From: Phycisphaerae bacterium
GTDB taxonomy: Bacteria; Planctomycetota; Phycisphaerae; UBA1845
Direction of reading: 5' to 3'
Length of the DNA: 64,000 nt
NCBI GenBank assembly: GCA_963666835.2
Contig: CAXXGO010000003.1
Coordinates: forward strand, 192,001-256,000
The notes below the pieces were generated by a model. The model was not told the DNA's origin and made no database searches. It saw nothing but the letters and a program-made list of their open reading frames with translations. Position numbers and translations under genes: made by a program. Shown here in pieces: positions 39,699-50,321 of this stretch; position 1 is the first letter of the stretch; each line of letters begins with the position of its first letter.

Positions 39699-41125
39699 TG
39701 GAGTTGATTCGGTTCACCGTCATGCGAACGCTCCAGGCATCCTCTGATGATAGATGCACTGGGGTGCCGACCGAGAAGTTGGCGGAGCTGCGCTCTGTTC
39801 ATACAAATATCCGCCTCCACGGCATCCGCAACATATCGGCGGTCCCGAACGTCGGCGTGGCGGTCGATCTCCGCGATGAGCCGTCCATCGCGTTGCGGGA
39901 TACGAATTGTCACCTCCGCCGTCTCGCCGGCCAGCTTCTTGTAGACCTCTTCAGCCAGCTTGTCGAGCCCCGCTCCGGTCTTTGCGGAGATCCGGAGCGA
40001 GGGTGTCTTGCGATGGATCAACAGCTCTGCAAGTGGCCCCGGGTCGGCTATGTCGGTCTTATTGAGCACGAGGATCTGCGGCAACTCGTCGCAACGCAGC
40101 CCGGCCAGCACCTCGTCCACCGCCTGCATCTGCCGGTATGCCGTTGGGGCGGCCGCATCAACGACGTGCAAGAGTAGATCGGCGTGGACGGCCTCCTCGA
40201 GAGTGGCCTTGAACGAGGCGATCAGGCGGTGCGGCAGATCTCGGATGAAGCCGACCGTATCACTGAGCAGGGCGGAGCGTCCCTCGCCCAGTTCCCATCG
40301 CACGGTCTTAGTTTCGAGAGTGGCGAACAGAAGGTCCGCGGCCAGGCGATTCGTGCCGGTCAGCGCGTTCATCAGCGTGCTCTTGCCGGAATTCGTATAC
40401 CCCACCAGGGAGACCGTGAACTGATCGCCGCGGGAGGTTACCTCTCGCCTCTTGCGATCGTCGATCTCCCGAATCTCGCGTTTCAGATGGCTGATCCGCT
40501 TCTGGGCTATTCTACGATCGATCTCGATCTGGCGTTCGCCGGGCCCGCGCGTTCCGACCCCGCCTACCGCGCCCGCCGCAGTCGCTCCGCCCGCTCCCGC
40601 GATCCGCTCCAGGTGAGTCCACAACCCCCGCAGCCGGGGGGCGGTGTACTCGAGCTGGGCCAGCTCGACCTGCAACTGGGACTCCCGGGTCTTGGCGTGG
40701 GAGGCGAAGATGTCCAGGATTAGCTCGGTCCGGTCGATGACCTTCCGATTCACCGCCCGTTCCAGCCCGCGAATCTGACGGGGAGTCAGGTCGTTGTCGA
40801 ATATGACCGTTTCGGCATCGTTGGCCTCAACCCGCTCGACCAGCTCTTGCAGCTTCCCCTTGCCGAGGGCGAACGCGGTCCCGAGGCTTTGGCGCTTCTG
40901 GGACATGGAGTCCACGACCTCGACTCCGGCGGTCTCGGCCAGGGCGCTCAGCTCGCCAAAAGGATTCTGGAAATCAGCCTTCGTGTCCGGTAGCAGAACA
41001 GTTACCAGGATCGCCCGTTCCTGTTGCTGCTCTGTTCCGTCCGCGCCCGGCTCCGGTACGGGTCTGGGCAGGTGGATTCGGGGGCGAAAGTCGTCGGGGG
41101 TGTTCGAGCGAGTTGTATGACGCAT
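39695..41125 (-). CDS. hflX: GTPase HflX
   Basis: DRTELILDIF, RGPGERQIEIDRR, VGYTNSGKST, LFATLE, DTVGFI, NKTD. Confidence 0.96.
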   Translation of the reverse strand: MRHTTRSNTPDDFRPRIHLPRPVPEPGADGTEQQQERAILVTVLLPDTKADFQNPFGELSALAETAGVEVVDSMSQKRQSLGTAFALGKGKLQELVERVEANDAETVIFDNDLTPRQIRGLERAVNRKVIDRTELILDIFASHAKTRESQLQVELAQLEYTAPRLRGLWTHLERIAGAGGATAAGAVGGVGTRGPGERQIEIDRRIAQKRISHLKREIREIDDRKRREVTSRGDQFTVSLVGYTNSGKSTLMNALTGTNRLAADLLFATLETKTVRWELGEGRSALLSDTVGFIRDLPHRLIASFKATLEEAVHADLLLHVVDAAAPTAYRQMQAVDEVLAGLRCDELPQILVLNKTDIADPGPLAELLIHRKTPSLRISAKTGAGLDKLAEEVYKKLAGETAEVTIRIPQRDGRLIAEIDRHADVRDRRYVADAVEADICMNRAQLRQLLGRHPSASIIRGCLERSHDGEPNQLQ

Positions 41126-41240
41126 CAGTATCTCGGATTTCCTTCAGGATCATATCGTCGGTATGTCCCGAAGGTCAACCGATGCGGGGGCGCACTTGCG
41201 ATGACGGACCGGGAGGTTCTGACGGGGGGGCGGCTGCCGG

Positions 41241-41915
41241 TTACAGTGCCCGGAGTACACAGAAGATGCTGGATTCGTCCACCTCCTCGATCTTCGCCGT
41301 CGCGCCGACGGCGGACGCCCATGCGGAGAACTCCGCGCGGGTTACGGTGGTCGCTCGGAAACCGTCTCTGCAGACTATCGCGCCTGCGCCCGTGCGGGAG
41401 GGGTCGATTGCCCCGATTAGCCCTTCCTGGGCCTGCAGCTCGAACCACGCCAGCCGATCTTCCCAGAAGCTCTCCGAGTAGCTCGACAGTAAGACCGCTC
41501 CGCCGGGTTTAGTTACCCGCAGGCTCTCACGAAGCAGGGTGGTCTGATCCGCGCCGAAGGCCGAAACGCCGTTTTGGATGCACACCACGACGTCGAAGAT
41601 CCGGTCTTTGAGCCCCAACGCCAGGGCGTCCATTACCAGAAGGTGGCAGTTCGGCCGATCGCCCAGACGGCGGTGAGCCAGAGCGACGCTTGCCGCCGAA
41701 GTGTCGATTCCGACGACGGTGCCCGCCTTTGCAGTCAGTCGGTCCAGCACTCGTCCGTAACCGCAGCCGAGTTCCAGGACGGAATCGCCGCCATGAATCT
41801 CGGTCAAAACGCGTTCGATCTCCGCCTGGAGGTACTGCCGGACTCGCGGCGGAGCAATCTCGTAGCATCTTTGAAGCCGGACGGCTGATAGATGATCTGC
41901 GTAGTAACCTGTCAT
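41241..41915 (-). CDS. Class I SAM-dependent methyltransferase
   Basis: VLELGCGYG, VGIDTS, RVTKPGG motifs. Confidence 0.9.
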   Translation of the reverse strand: MTGYYADHLSAVRLQRCYEIAPPRVRQYLQAEIERVLTEIHGGDSVLELGCGYGRVLDRLTAKAGTVVGIDTSAASVALAHRRLGDRPNCHLLVMDALALGLKDRIFDVVVCIQNGVSAFGADQTTLLRESLRVTKPGGAVLLSSYSESFWEDRLAWFELQAQEGLIGAIDPSRTGAGAIVCRDGFRATTVTRAEFSAWASAVGATAKIEEVDESSIFCVLRAL

Positions 41916-41969
41916 ATCGGCAGAAGGCTTCGCGGCAAGTGTCGGAACCGTGTCATTTTAAGCCTCTGA

Positions 41970-44900
41970 TTACTCCACCATGCGGGTGTTGTAGTTATGG
42001 CGGTAACGCTCGTGGAGTTCGTCGTCGGGGTAATGCTCGCTTGCCGGGTAGGGATAGCTGCTCATACTGCGGAAGGGGAGTGGTTCGATTCCATCCGGCG
42101 CGGCGGTGTAAAGGTCCATGTCTTTGCAGTATGCGTGCGAGACCAGGATGAAACTCCGAGTCATTCCGGGCTGCAGAGCAGGAGCACCGGCAGCGTCAAA
42201 CCGCAAGGCGATCTCGTCTCCGGTCCCGAGGATGACGTACCGGTCATCAAACTCGGCAAGAAGATCATCCACTGCACCGTATCGCGTGTATGCGCCCTGC
42301 GGAGTCTTGAATGACGAGGATGACTCGATGGTGTCATAAGAGTAGATGGTGGGGTGTCTTCCATCGGGGGAATACTCCAGGGGGAATCCGAGCCGCCGCA
42401 GCTCCGCGCCGGTTAGCGGCACCGGTGTGACGGTCAGTTCATCGACTCCACCGTTTCTTGCGATGAAGAGCTGGTCGAAGTAGATCTCCAGGTTCGTGGA
42501 GATGCGTAACCGGCAGTGATCCGGCCGCAGCTTGCCCGTAACGTCCACGGTTATCATGCGTCCCAGACCACCCGGGGCTCCGGCGTCGGGGACGATCGTC
42601 TCCCACGTGCCGTCGGCCGTAAGCTGCTCGATTCTCATGGGGTCCCAGCCGACTTCGGCTTGGCTGGCCGCGTAAGTGGTCTGCGAATACGGGTACTCGA
42701 TCCAGCCATTGATGAACAAAAACACCTCGTCTTCGGATCCAAGGTGGGCGAGACGGTCGGCGAAATCCAACTCCAGGGAGTGGGGGTGACAGAACCCGAC
42801 AAACCGGTGATCGAGGTCGGGCTGGTACGCATACAGCCGGTCGACCTTCTCGAGTTTGGCCGTGCAGATCTCTCCACCCGGAGCGATGCCGGTTACGGGA
42901 AAGACCGGATCATCCGGACGGAGCAGCCGGTGAGTGGGGGGCGGACCTGTTATCGCCAGCCGTTCGTCGGGAAACACCGTTGTCCCGACCGGATGGTCAA
43001 CGGCGAGGAGCTCGAGGCGATCGATATAGGCGACTTCTTCCATTGGCTCAGCCAGGCGGAGCTCGTATAAGCCGTTGCGCTCCACCAGTTGCTCCGGCTC
43101 GATCTTGACGTGTTCAAGCACCTGCGGCGGGGCGTACACTCCCGGTGCGGCCAGGTATCCGACCCCGCCGACCCCCGCGAAATCGCTAATGAACCCAAAG
43201 TGCGTGCCGTTCCAGGCAAACAACACCGGGCAACTCGACACCCGACGTTCCATCTCGCTAATCTGCACGTGAGTCGACGCCGCCAGTCGGGCCTCGTATT
43301 GCGTCACACCGTCAGGCCAGCGGAATCCGAGGAAGTCAGCCCGCGATGCCCCGTTTAGGCCGAACACCACCGGCACGCGCGACTGGCTGAGCCCTCCAGC
43401 CAGGCCGGTGTATGTAAAAACCTGGCGATGCACTCCGGAGTGCAGGGTCATCTTGGCTCCGAACCCGCTGGCCGGGCTGCGCATCCGGCGATCGTCTCCT
43501 CCTCGATCACCGCGCGGAGTGACCTTCAGCCAGTGGGCCGGCGGATCCAGCTTCGTCGTTACTATGTCGATCCGCCCGTCCGCCCCCGGGAGAATCCTAA
43601 GAACATCCGGCACGCCGTCTCCGCTCAGGTCCACCAGCTCACTTCCCAGGATGGCAGCACCCGCGCGGTTGGGCCAGACCTTGGTCTTGGGCGCGAAAAG
43701 CCCCCGGCCGTCGTTGAGCAGAACATGGCCGTCCGGAGTGAACACGGCGATGTCGAGATCGCCATCGAGGTCGATGTCCGCAACTCTGGTGGTCTGGACG
43801 TCGCCCCACGATGAAACCGCCGCGATGCAGCCGTCGAATTGCCCGCTTGGAGCAAGCGACTCCGTGCCGTCTGAGAGCAGAAGCTGCCCCGGCGATTCTT
43901 GTCCAGGCAGAAGCAACAGGTCCGGCTGCCCGTCGCCGTTGAAATCCTGTGCAACGCCGCCCCGGTGACCGGTGACCGGTTCGGCGGTGATCTTCCCTTC
44001 GTGGTATTCACCGAGTCGATCGTTGAAGAAGACCCGCGCCGGGGCGTTTTCGTAGAAGGCTATCAGGTCCGTGTCGCGATCGTCATCGAGGTCGATCGGC
44101 GCGAGCATAACCCCTGATTGGGTGGGCCGATTGGGGTCGGCGAGCGGAGCGAGGTCCGTGAAAGTCCCGTCGGCATTGTTGTTGAGCAATTGGTCGGCCG
44201 TCGGGGAGCCGTCGTCAACGGATAGGGCGTTGACTACGTAGACGTCCAAGTCGCCGTCGTGATCCGCATCCAGGAATACGGCGGACATTGTAATTGTGTT
44301 CGGACCGCCGGTTCCGGTGCTCTTGGTGACGTCCTCGAAGGTGCCGTCCCCGCGACCGCGATACAGTCGGTTCGGTCCGACACATGCTACGAACAGATCT
44401 ACGATGTTGTCATTGTCGTAATCGCCGAATGCTACGGCCATTACGTCGCGTACATCGAGCAACTCGGAGTTGGAGGTCGCGTCGGTAAACCCCTCATCCG
44501 GGTTGCCCAGAAGAAGCTGAAGCCCCTGATGCCCATCGCGGATCACGGCATTCGTTAGAAGATCGAGCACCCCGTCTCCGTTAACGTCCCCCAACGCAAC
44601 CTGCGCTTGGAAGTCGGAAGCTGCGATCGCGCCGGCGTTACCGAAGGGGGCGACGGGCGAGGCTTGGGCTATCGTGCGTACGGTGCCGCTGGACAGCTCC
44701 CCACCGGCTAAACCGTGCTCGGCCCGGACGGTGATCGGTTGGACGGTGGCGAGCGGGCCCATCTGGTTGTAGTTGGGCATCACCACCTTGTCGGCGAGGG
44801 GGCTCTCGCGAAGTCTGACGAAGCGCTCCTTGTAGGTTTGCGCTGTCTCCCGATCGCCCTCCTGACGCGCCACGCGCATCAGATCGTAGTATGCGCTAAC

Positions 44901-45434
44901 CAGCGCGGGGTTTTCCTGAACACTTCGTTCCAGATCTGCCCGGCAGGGTTGTCCCAGGTGCGATTTACTGCGGGCCAACAGGTACCACGCGCAGGCATCA
45001 TGGGGCACCTTCTGCAACGCTTGCTCAAAACAGCGAACGGCTTCCTCGTCTTGTCCCCGGTATTGGTGAGTGATACCTCTGAAATACAGAGCCCGAACGT
45101 TATCTGGTTCCTGTTTGAGGACGGCGTCCAGGAGTTCCTCGCCGCGTTCTAGATCGCCTTTGGCACTGCGGTTGTACATGGCGATGGCGAGGTTAATCTG
45201 CCCTTCCGGAGATCCCGGAGACAGCTTGTAAACCTGCTCAAAGACCTCAACCGCTTTGGCGTAGTCGTACTGCTCCATTAGGGCCACACCATGGTTGGTC
45301 AGGCGGACTACGGGGTCGGAAGTTCGCCAACCGTCGCTGGACTGGGGGACGGGTTCAGCGGCAGGTGCGAGAGTCACGGCCCAAGGCAGACAATAGGCCA
45401 AGACGATTATCAACATACATAATCCGAAACGCAC
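41970..45434 (-). CDS. TPR + FG-GAP/VCBS repeat + ASPIC/UnbV (CRTAC1-like) secreted protein
   Basis: N-terminal TPRs; repeated GDYDND/DADHDGDLD motifs; PVVFGL..WPDG; SSCPVLFAWNG C-terminal domain. GTG 45434 with GAGGAG RBS. Confidence 0.88.
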   Translation of the reverse strand: MRFGLCMLIIVLAYCLPWAVTLAPAAEPVPQSSDGWRTSDPVVRLTNHGVALMEQYDYAKAVEVFEQVYKLSPGSPEGQINLAIAMYNRSAKGDLERGEELLDAVLKQEPDNVRALYFRGITHQYRGQDEEAVRCFEQALQKVPHDACAWYLLARSKSHLGQPCRADLERSVQENPALVSAYYDLMRVARQEGDRETAQTYKERFVRLRESPLADKVVMPNYNQMGPLATVQPITVRAEHGLAGGELSSGTVRTIAQASPVAPFGNAGAIAASDFQAQVALGDVNGDGVLDLLTNAVIRDGHQGLQLLLGNPDEGFTDATSNSELLDVRDVMAVAFGDYDNDNIVDLFVACVGPNRLYRGRGDGTFEDVTKSTGTGGPNTITMSAVFLDADHDGDLDVYVVNALSVDDGSPTADQLLNNNADGTFTDLAPLADPNRPTQSGVMLAPIDLDDDRDTDLIAFYENAPARVFFNDRLGEYHEGKITAEPVTGHRGGVAQDFNGDGQPDLLLLPGQESPGQLLLSDGTESLAPSGQFDGCIAAVSSWGDVQTTRVADIDLDGDLDIAVFTPDGHVLLNDGRGLFAPKTKVWPNRAGAAILGSELVDLSGDGVPDVLRILPGADGRIDIVTTKLDPPAHWLKVTPRGDRGGDDRRMRSPASGFGAKMTLHSGVHRQVFTYTGLAGGLSQSRVPVVFGLNGASRADFLGFRWPDGVTQYEARLAASTHVQISEMERRVSSCPVLFAWNGTHFGFISDFAGVGGVGYLAAPGVYAPPQVLEHVKIEPEQLVERNGLYELRLAEPMEEVAYIDRLELLAVDHPVGTTVFPDERLAITGPPPTHRLLRPDDPVFPVTGIAPGGEICTAKLEKVDRLYAYQPDLDHRFVGFCHPHSLELDFADRLAHLGSEDEVFLFINGWIEYPYSQTTYAASQAEVGWDPMRIEQLTADGTWETIVPDAGAPGGLGRMITVDVTGKLRPDHCRLRISTNLEIYFDQLFIARNGGVDELTVTPVPLTGAELRRLGFPLEYSPDGRHPTIYSYDTIESSSSFKTPQGAYTRYGAVDDLLAEFDDRYVILGTGDEIALRFDAAGAPALQPGMTRSFILVSHAYCKDMDLYTAAPDGIEPLPFRSMSSYPYPASEHYPDDELHERYRHNYNTRMVE

Positions 45435-45564
45435 GGTTGCGGTCTCCTCACTAATGGTACGACAGCCCAAGGAACTTGCGCTTCGCATTGCCGGCCCAAA
45501 CCCGGACCCGATGGGCGGTGCGGGATGAAGCAGAGACTACATCCGGCGCTGATCCCAATCAGGA

Positions 45565-46203
45565 TCACCGGACCCGGACCGGACGCTGCGTTACGGGAGG
45601 CAGCGGGCCGAAGATACGGTCGATGTCGTGGATAATCCGGACAACCCGCCGGCGGTCGCGCACCGCGTGGAATTCGCCCGACAGTTCCGCCCGTTTGAAG
45701 AAATCACTGCTGGAAGTCAAACGGCGAGTCGGCTTGAGCAGGGCTGACTCCAACGTGCCGTTCAGCGTATCCTGTTGCGGGTTGTGCTTGAAGAAGACTG
45801 AGCCTCCACCTTCAAACGTCGCGCCGATCGGGCCGCTGACTACGCCGTACAGCACCTTTCCGTTGATCTGCGTGCGGTCCGCAACCGTGCTTCCGGGGAT
45901 GGAGTGCCACATGGTCCGAAGGTGGATTATCTGCGTGATTTCCTGATCGGCGTCGGTGATACTCGGCTCCGTGCGACGCAGGACGATGTCGACATTGTCA
46001 AGTTCGTCGATGCTGTAGTAGGCTTCTTCGAAGGACTCTTGATACTGTTTCGTCGGCCCGGATTCGCGATAGTCGACGATTGTGAATTCCGCTGTGCGCG
46101 TCGAACAGCCGCCCACCGCCAGAGTCAACGCGACGCCAACGCCGAGGGATCGCGTGCTCCAGGCGCAGATCGCGGTTCGCCTGACCGTGAAGGTTCGGAT
46201 CAC
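45565..46203 (-). CDS. Hypothetical lipoprotein
   Basis: AGGAG RBS before GTG 46203; lipobox VGGC. Confidence 0.65.
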   Translation of the reverse strand: MIRTFTVRRTAICAWSTRSLGVGVALTLAVGGCSTRTAEFTIVDYRESGPTKQYQESFEEAYYSIDELDNVDIVLRRTEPSITDADQEITQIIHLRTMWHSIPGSTVADRTQINGKVLYGVVSGPIGATFEGGGSVFFKHNPQQDTLNGTLESALLKPTRRLTSSSDFFKRAELSGEFHAVRDRRRVVRIIHDIDRIFGPLPPVTQRPVRVR

Positions 46204-46467
46204 CTTGGTTGCTCCTGAGTTGTGGGTTAAATCACCGCACCAACCCGGACGATAGCCCACGGCATGCACAGCGTCAATTCGGGGTCATGGCCTTCGCCGG
46301 TTACGCGGAGTAGCTTTCAAAAACGGTGAAACATCCCCGCCCAGACCTTGCGCGATCTGGAGAGTACGCCGCAGCGCGCTATAATCCCGGGCTCGACACA
46401 AGCGTGGGTCCGCGTTGCGGGCCAGCGGTTTCCTGAGCTTAAGAGAACATCGGTGGACGTGAAACCC

Positions 46468-47259
46468 ATGACATCGCCTTCGAAACGGCGGCTCGGTGTG
46501 GTCTCGTTTCTTAATGCCAGGCCTCTGATCGCCGGTATGGATCGCGCCGCAGATATCGAATTAGTGTTTGATGTGCCGGCGCGCTTGCCGGCCCTTGTGG
46601 ACGAGGATCGGGTCGACGCCGCCCTGGTGCCCGTCGTCGATCTTGTACGTGGTGATCGATCCTGGAAGATAATCTCCGACGCATGTATCGGAAGTGATGG
46701 TGAAACGCTGACCGTACGTGTTTTCTCTCGGGTACCGGCCGCGGACGTCCGAGTGCTGCGGGTGGACTGCGATTCACACACATCGGTCATCCTTGCCGCG
46801 ATACTCTGGCGGGAGCTGTACGGAGTCTCGTTGGACATGGTTACGTTTACCGAGGACGTGGCGGGTGGGGATTGCGAGGCCGTCTTGCTGATTGGAGACA
46901 AGGTCGTAAGCCACCGTCTCAGAGGCTACCCGTTCGAAACCGACCTGGGCGCGGCGTGGAAATCACTGACGGATCTGCCGTTCGTCTTTGCCGTGTGGGC
47001 GACGCGGCAGGCGGAGCTGCATGACGGATTGGCGGAACGTCTCTCGCGGGCTCGCGATGAGGGGGTCGGCATAGCGGATTCGCTCGCCGCCACATTTGGC
47101 CCCGAGAAAGGCTGGCCGGTTGAGTTGGCAAGGCAGTATCTTTCGGAGCGGATGAAGTATACGCTGGGTGAGCGACAGCGGGCCGGAATGGTACGCTTCA
47201 TCGAGCTGGCTAAGGCAGCCGACCTGATCGTCCCCGGAAGGGAGCTGATATTTGCATGA
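46468..47259 (+). CDS. mqnA: Chorismate dehydratase (futalosine menaquinone pathway)
   Basis: LGVVSFLNARPL, SHTSVIL, LLIGD, DLGAAW..LTDLPFVFAVW; coupled to mqnC. Confidence 0.9.
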   Translation: MTSPSKRRLGVVSFLNARPLIAGMDRAADIELVFDVPARLPALVDEDRVDAALVPVVDLVRGDRSWKIISDACIGSDGETLTVRVFSRVPAADVRVLRVDCDSHTSVILAAILWRELYGVSLDMVTFTEDVAGGDCEAVLLIGDKVVSHRLRGYPFETDLGAAWKSLTDLPFVFAVWATRQAELHDGLAERLSRARDEGVGIADSLAATFGPEKGWPVELARQYLSERMKYTLGERQRAGMVRFIELAKAADLIVPGRELIFA

Positions 47260-48428
47260 GTGGTCCGCTGGACATACCGGACGAAGCAGTTCTTGGGCGA
47301 GTAACGGATGCCGAAGCCCTGGCGATGCTCCAGGATTGCTCGATCCACGAGTTGGGACGTCGGGCGCATGAAATTACTATGCGGTTACACCCGGAGGAAT
47401 ACCGTACTTACGTGGTTGACCGCAACATCAACTACTCGAACTACTGCACCGCCGGCTGTACGTTCTGTAACTTCAGCGTGAATCCGTCGTCGCGCTCCGG
47501 TGAGCGGGACGATGGGGTGAAGGGCTACGTTCTTTCCACTGAGCAGATCGGTCGCAAGATTGAAGATCTGCTGGAGATTGGCGGGACGCAGATCTTGCTT
47601 CAAGGCGGGCTTGTTCCGGCGGAGATGCTGCCGTTTGAGTGGTATCTGGAGCTTCTTCGTTTCATCAAGCGCGAGTATCCCGGCATTCACGTTCATGCGT
47701 TCAGCCCGCCCGAGGTGCATGCGTTCCACCGGATCTTCGGGATGACGGTTCGCGATGTGCTGCGTCGACTACAGGATGCGGGGCTCGATACGATTCCCGG
47801 CGGCGGCGCGGAAATCCTGGTTGATCGGGTCCGACGCCGAACGGCGCCGGGGAAGGCATCGGTGGACGAGTATCTGGAGGTGATGCGGGAGGCCCACAAG
47901 ATCGGGATGCGTACGAGCATCACTATGATGTTCGGGCACCTCGAGACCATCCCCGAGCGGATTGAGCACCTGCGCAGGATCCGAGATCTTCAGGACGAAA
48001 CCGGTGGGTTTACGGCGTTTATCTGCTGGACCTTCCAGCCCGGTAACACCCTCCTCGGGCGGTTGGTACGAGCGGACGCGAGCGATAATGCGCTTGCGGA
48101 AGGCAGGCTGGGAGCCTGCGCTACAGAGGAACGCCTGGCTCTTGCAGATGCCCATGAGTACCTTCGCACGGTCTCGCTTGCTCGCATTTATCTTGACAAC
48201 GTGAAGAACATTCAGGCAAGCTGGGTAACTCAGGGGGTCGCGGTCGGCCAACTGGCTCTGTTCTTTGGCGCCAACGACATGGGCTCAGTAATGATGGAGG
48301 AGAATGTCGTCTCCGCTGCGGGGACGGTGTATTGCGCGTCCGAGCGGGAGATCAGGCGCGCGATTGAGGACGCCGGGTGGGCGCCGCGTAAGCGAGACTG
48401 CCTCTATCGAATTATTGAAGCAAATTAG
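47256..48428 (+). CDS. mqnC: Cyclic dehypoxanthinyl futalosine synthase (radical SAM)
   Basis: TYVVDRNINYSNYCTAGCTFC, ILLQGG, HAFSPPE, IPGGGAEIL, NIQASWVTQG, GSVMMEENVVSAAG. Confidence 0.92.
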   Translation: MSGPLDIPDEAVLGRVTDAEALAMLQDCSIHELGRRAHEITMRLHPEEYRTYVVDRNINYSNYCTAGCTFCNFSVNPSSRSGERDDGVKGYVLSTEQIGRKIEDLLEIGGTQILLQGGLVPAEMLPFEWYLELLRFIKREYPGIHVHAFSPPEVHAFHRIFGMTVRDVLRRLQDAGLDTIPGGGAEILVDRVRRRTAPGKASVDEYLEVMREAHKIGMRTSITMMFGHLETIPERIEHLRRIRDLQDETGGFTAFICWTFQPGNTLLGRLVRADASDNALAEGRLGACATEERLALADAHEYLRTVSLARIYLDNVKNIQASWVTQGVAVGQLALFFGANDMGSVMMEENVVSAAGTVYCASEREIRRAIEDAGWAPRKRDCLYRIIEAN

Positions 48429-48796
48429 AACCAAGAGCCGATGACGTAGGATTGTCGGTTTGGGCTGTTACGCCGACGAGAGCATAAGCAGCTCTTTTTT
48501 GTTGGCGTCCGGCCATGTTTATGTGCTAGATTATCGGCTATGGGCAGTTGGGCATGTGCCTGCGAGGTTAGTGCAGGGGGCGTCTAGGCCGTATCATCGG
48601 CTCAGGTAATGCTGCGTGCTGCGAAGACGCAGGCAGTTTGGAAGGTTTTAGGGAGGGGAGAGGACGGGATGTCCAGCGCGCCGGCGTTAATGTCGGCAGT
48701 GCGCTGAGCGGTTACCGGTTTTGCCGCCGTGGGTAGGGCCCTTCAGTGAAGGGGTCTGGTGCGGTGCCCCTTCTGTTTGGATACCGGCGTGTACCA

Positions 48797-49498
48797 ATGA
48801 CACATCTGGACACGATCTGGAATCAGGCTCGTGCGGACCTCGCTATTGTCACGGAACGTGGTGAGGAGGACATTTTCCTCTGGGAACATTCTGCACGGAT
48901 TGCGCGGATGGCATGCGCGATTTCCCGGCTTCCAGACGTCAAAAGGCTCTCGCCCGACGAGACGGCGGTAGGAGCGGCAGCACTCTATCACGAGGCGGCG
49001 TGGCGCCCCAGGATTCGGCAGGAAGAGGCGCGTCGTCAGGAGGTTCTCGTCCGGCAGACGCCTGACACGCACAGCGAGCAGAGTGCGATGATTATGGAGG
49101 CCAGCCTGGGCGGGATCGTAGATCGGGACTCGCTGGATCGCGCCGTGGTTGCGGTTCGTTCGCTCGGGGATCGGCATATCGAATCGCTCGAAGGTCAGAT
49201 TGTGGCGGAGGCGGACAATCTTGACGAGTTCGGGCTGGTCGGGCTCTGGACGGCCATTCGGCGCGGGGCGCTCGATGGCAAGGGCGTTCAGTCGGTTATT
49301 GATACCTGGCATCGCCGCAACGAGTATCAGTTCTGGACCGCACGGCTCAATGACTCGTTCCGGTTCGCGGCCGTTCGAAAGCTCGCCGAGGCGCGACTTG
49401 CCGAATACGAACGGCTCATGGAAGTGCTTGAGGATCAGCACCGAGGTGCCGATATAGAAGAAGCACTTTCGAAGGCTCTGCTGCATCCAGCGCCCTAG
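48797..49498 (+). CDS. HD-superfamily-like protein (HD replaced by HE)
   Basis: WEHSARI, AALYHEAAW, IVAEADNLDEFG pattern. Confidence 0.7.
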   Translation: MTHLDTIWNQARADLAIVTERGEEDIFLWEHSARIARMACAISRLPDVKRLSPDETAVGAAALYHEAAWRPRIRQEEARRQEVLVRQTPDTHSEQSAMIMEASLGGIVDRDSLDRAVVAVRSLGDRHIESLEGQIVAEADNLDEFGLVGLWTAIRRGALDGKGVQSVIDTWHRRNEYQFWTARLNDSFRFAAVRKLAEARLAEYERLMEVLEDQHRGADIEEALSKALLHPAP

Positions 49499-49568
49499 CT
49501 GACACGTCGGGGGCTTATCTAGGCAAGGGACGCATGAGCGGTGTGGCGAGTGCCGGGAGGTAGCGGTG

Positions 49569-49712
49569 ATGCATCATCATGATTGCGTAATACACTGGCG
49601 GACAACGTCGCACCGGCTGGATCGCCTTACTTGGGTCGTTGGCACTATGGTGTTCCTCCTCAGCCTGCTAACGGTCTACTGGATCGCCGTGGCGGCCTGC
49701 AGCCAGAACTGA
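49569..49712 (+). CDS. Small (47 aa) single-TM protein with His-rich N-terminus
   Basis: GGGAGG RBS; MHHHDCVIHWRTTSHRLDRLTWVVGTMVFLLSLLTVYWIAVAACSQN; below the ORF-track cutoff. Confidence 0.5.
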   Translation: MHHHDCVIHWRTTSHRLDRLTWVVGTMVFLLSLLTVYWIAVAACSQN

Positions 49713-49975
49713 GGCATTAGGCGCCGGGCCGTTTGTCCTCGCCGAGCCGACGGCAATCGTGCTCAGTTCCAGGGCACCCCCAGCCAAGCGTCGTTGATGG
49801 CCCACCCCAGAGAACAGAACTCCCCACGCCTTCCGGTAGGATGACCAACTTACTGCGACTCATCGGAAATGGGGCTGTAGCCCGATAAGGGATGTTGTCT
49901 AACGTGTAACGGCAGTGGTACCGCCTCGGTGCGGGGCGGGATAGCCATGTTGCCGGGTCCCGGAAAGGAGACGTT

Positions 49976-50065
49976 ATGTCGCAGCAGTTCATGTGGTTTC
50001 TTCTTGTCGCCGCGGTGTTCTACGGTTTCATCTTCACGTATGTGGTGGAGTGGCCGCTTACGTAG
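49976..50065 (+). CDS. Small (29 aa) hydrophobic protein
   Basis: Strong GAAAGGAG RBS 5 nt before ATG; MSQQFMWFLLVAAVFYGFIFTYVVEWPLT. Confidence 0.55.
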   Translation: MSQQFMWFLLVAAVFYGFIFTYVVEWPLT

Positions 50066-50188
50066 ATCCTCGATCCGCGGACGCACTGGAATCGCCTTAT
50101 CTGACGATTTCTGACATTTCGATGGCAGAATGTGTGGGTGGTTTGCGTCCCGGGCTGAGCTTTCGCCTTTGAATCGGTTCAGGAGGTC

Positions 50189-50225
50189 GGGCGTAGCGCC
50201 GGCTATAGTGGCCGGCGCTACGCCC
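50189..50225. terminator. Perfect 15-bp-stem hairpin between convergent transcription units
   Basis: GGGCGTAGCGCCGGC-tatagtg-GCCGGCGCTACGCCC; no U-tract. Confidence 0.45.
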
Positions 50226-50321
50226 TCGGTCTCGGAGGTACGGAAGACAGAGGCATCTCATCCCCTTATACGCGGTCGGGCCGTGAATGGCTGTATCTTG
50301 TTTGTAACGGTGGTAACGCCG

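Noticed and set aside
49800..49975. Riboswitch upstream of the 29-aa ORF
   Set aside because: Some pairing is possible, but I could not match cobalamin, c-di-GMP, SAM or TPP consensus elements by eye; needs an Infernal scan.
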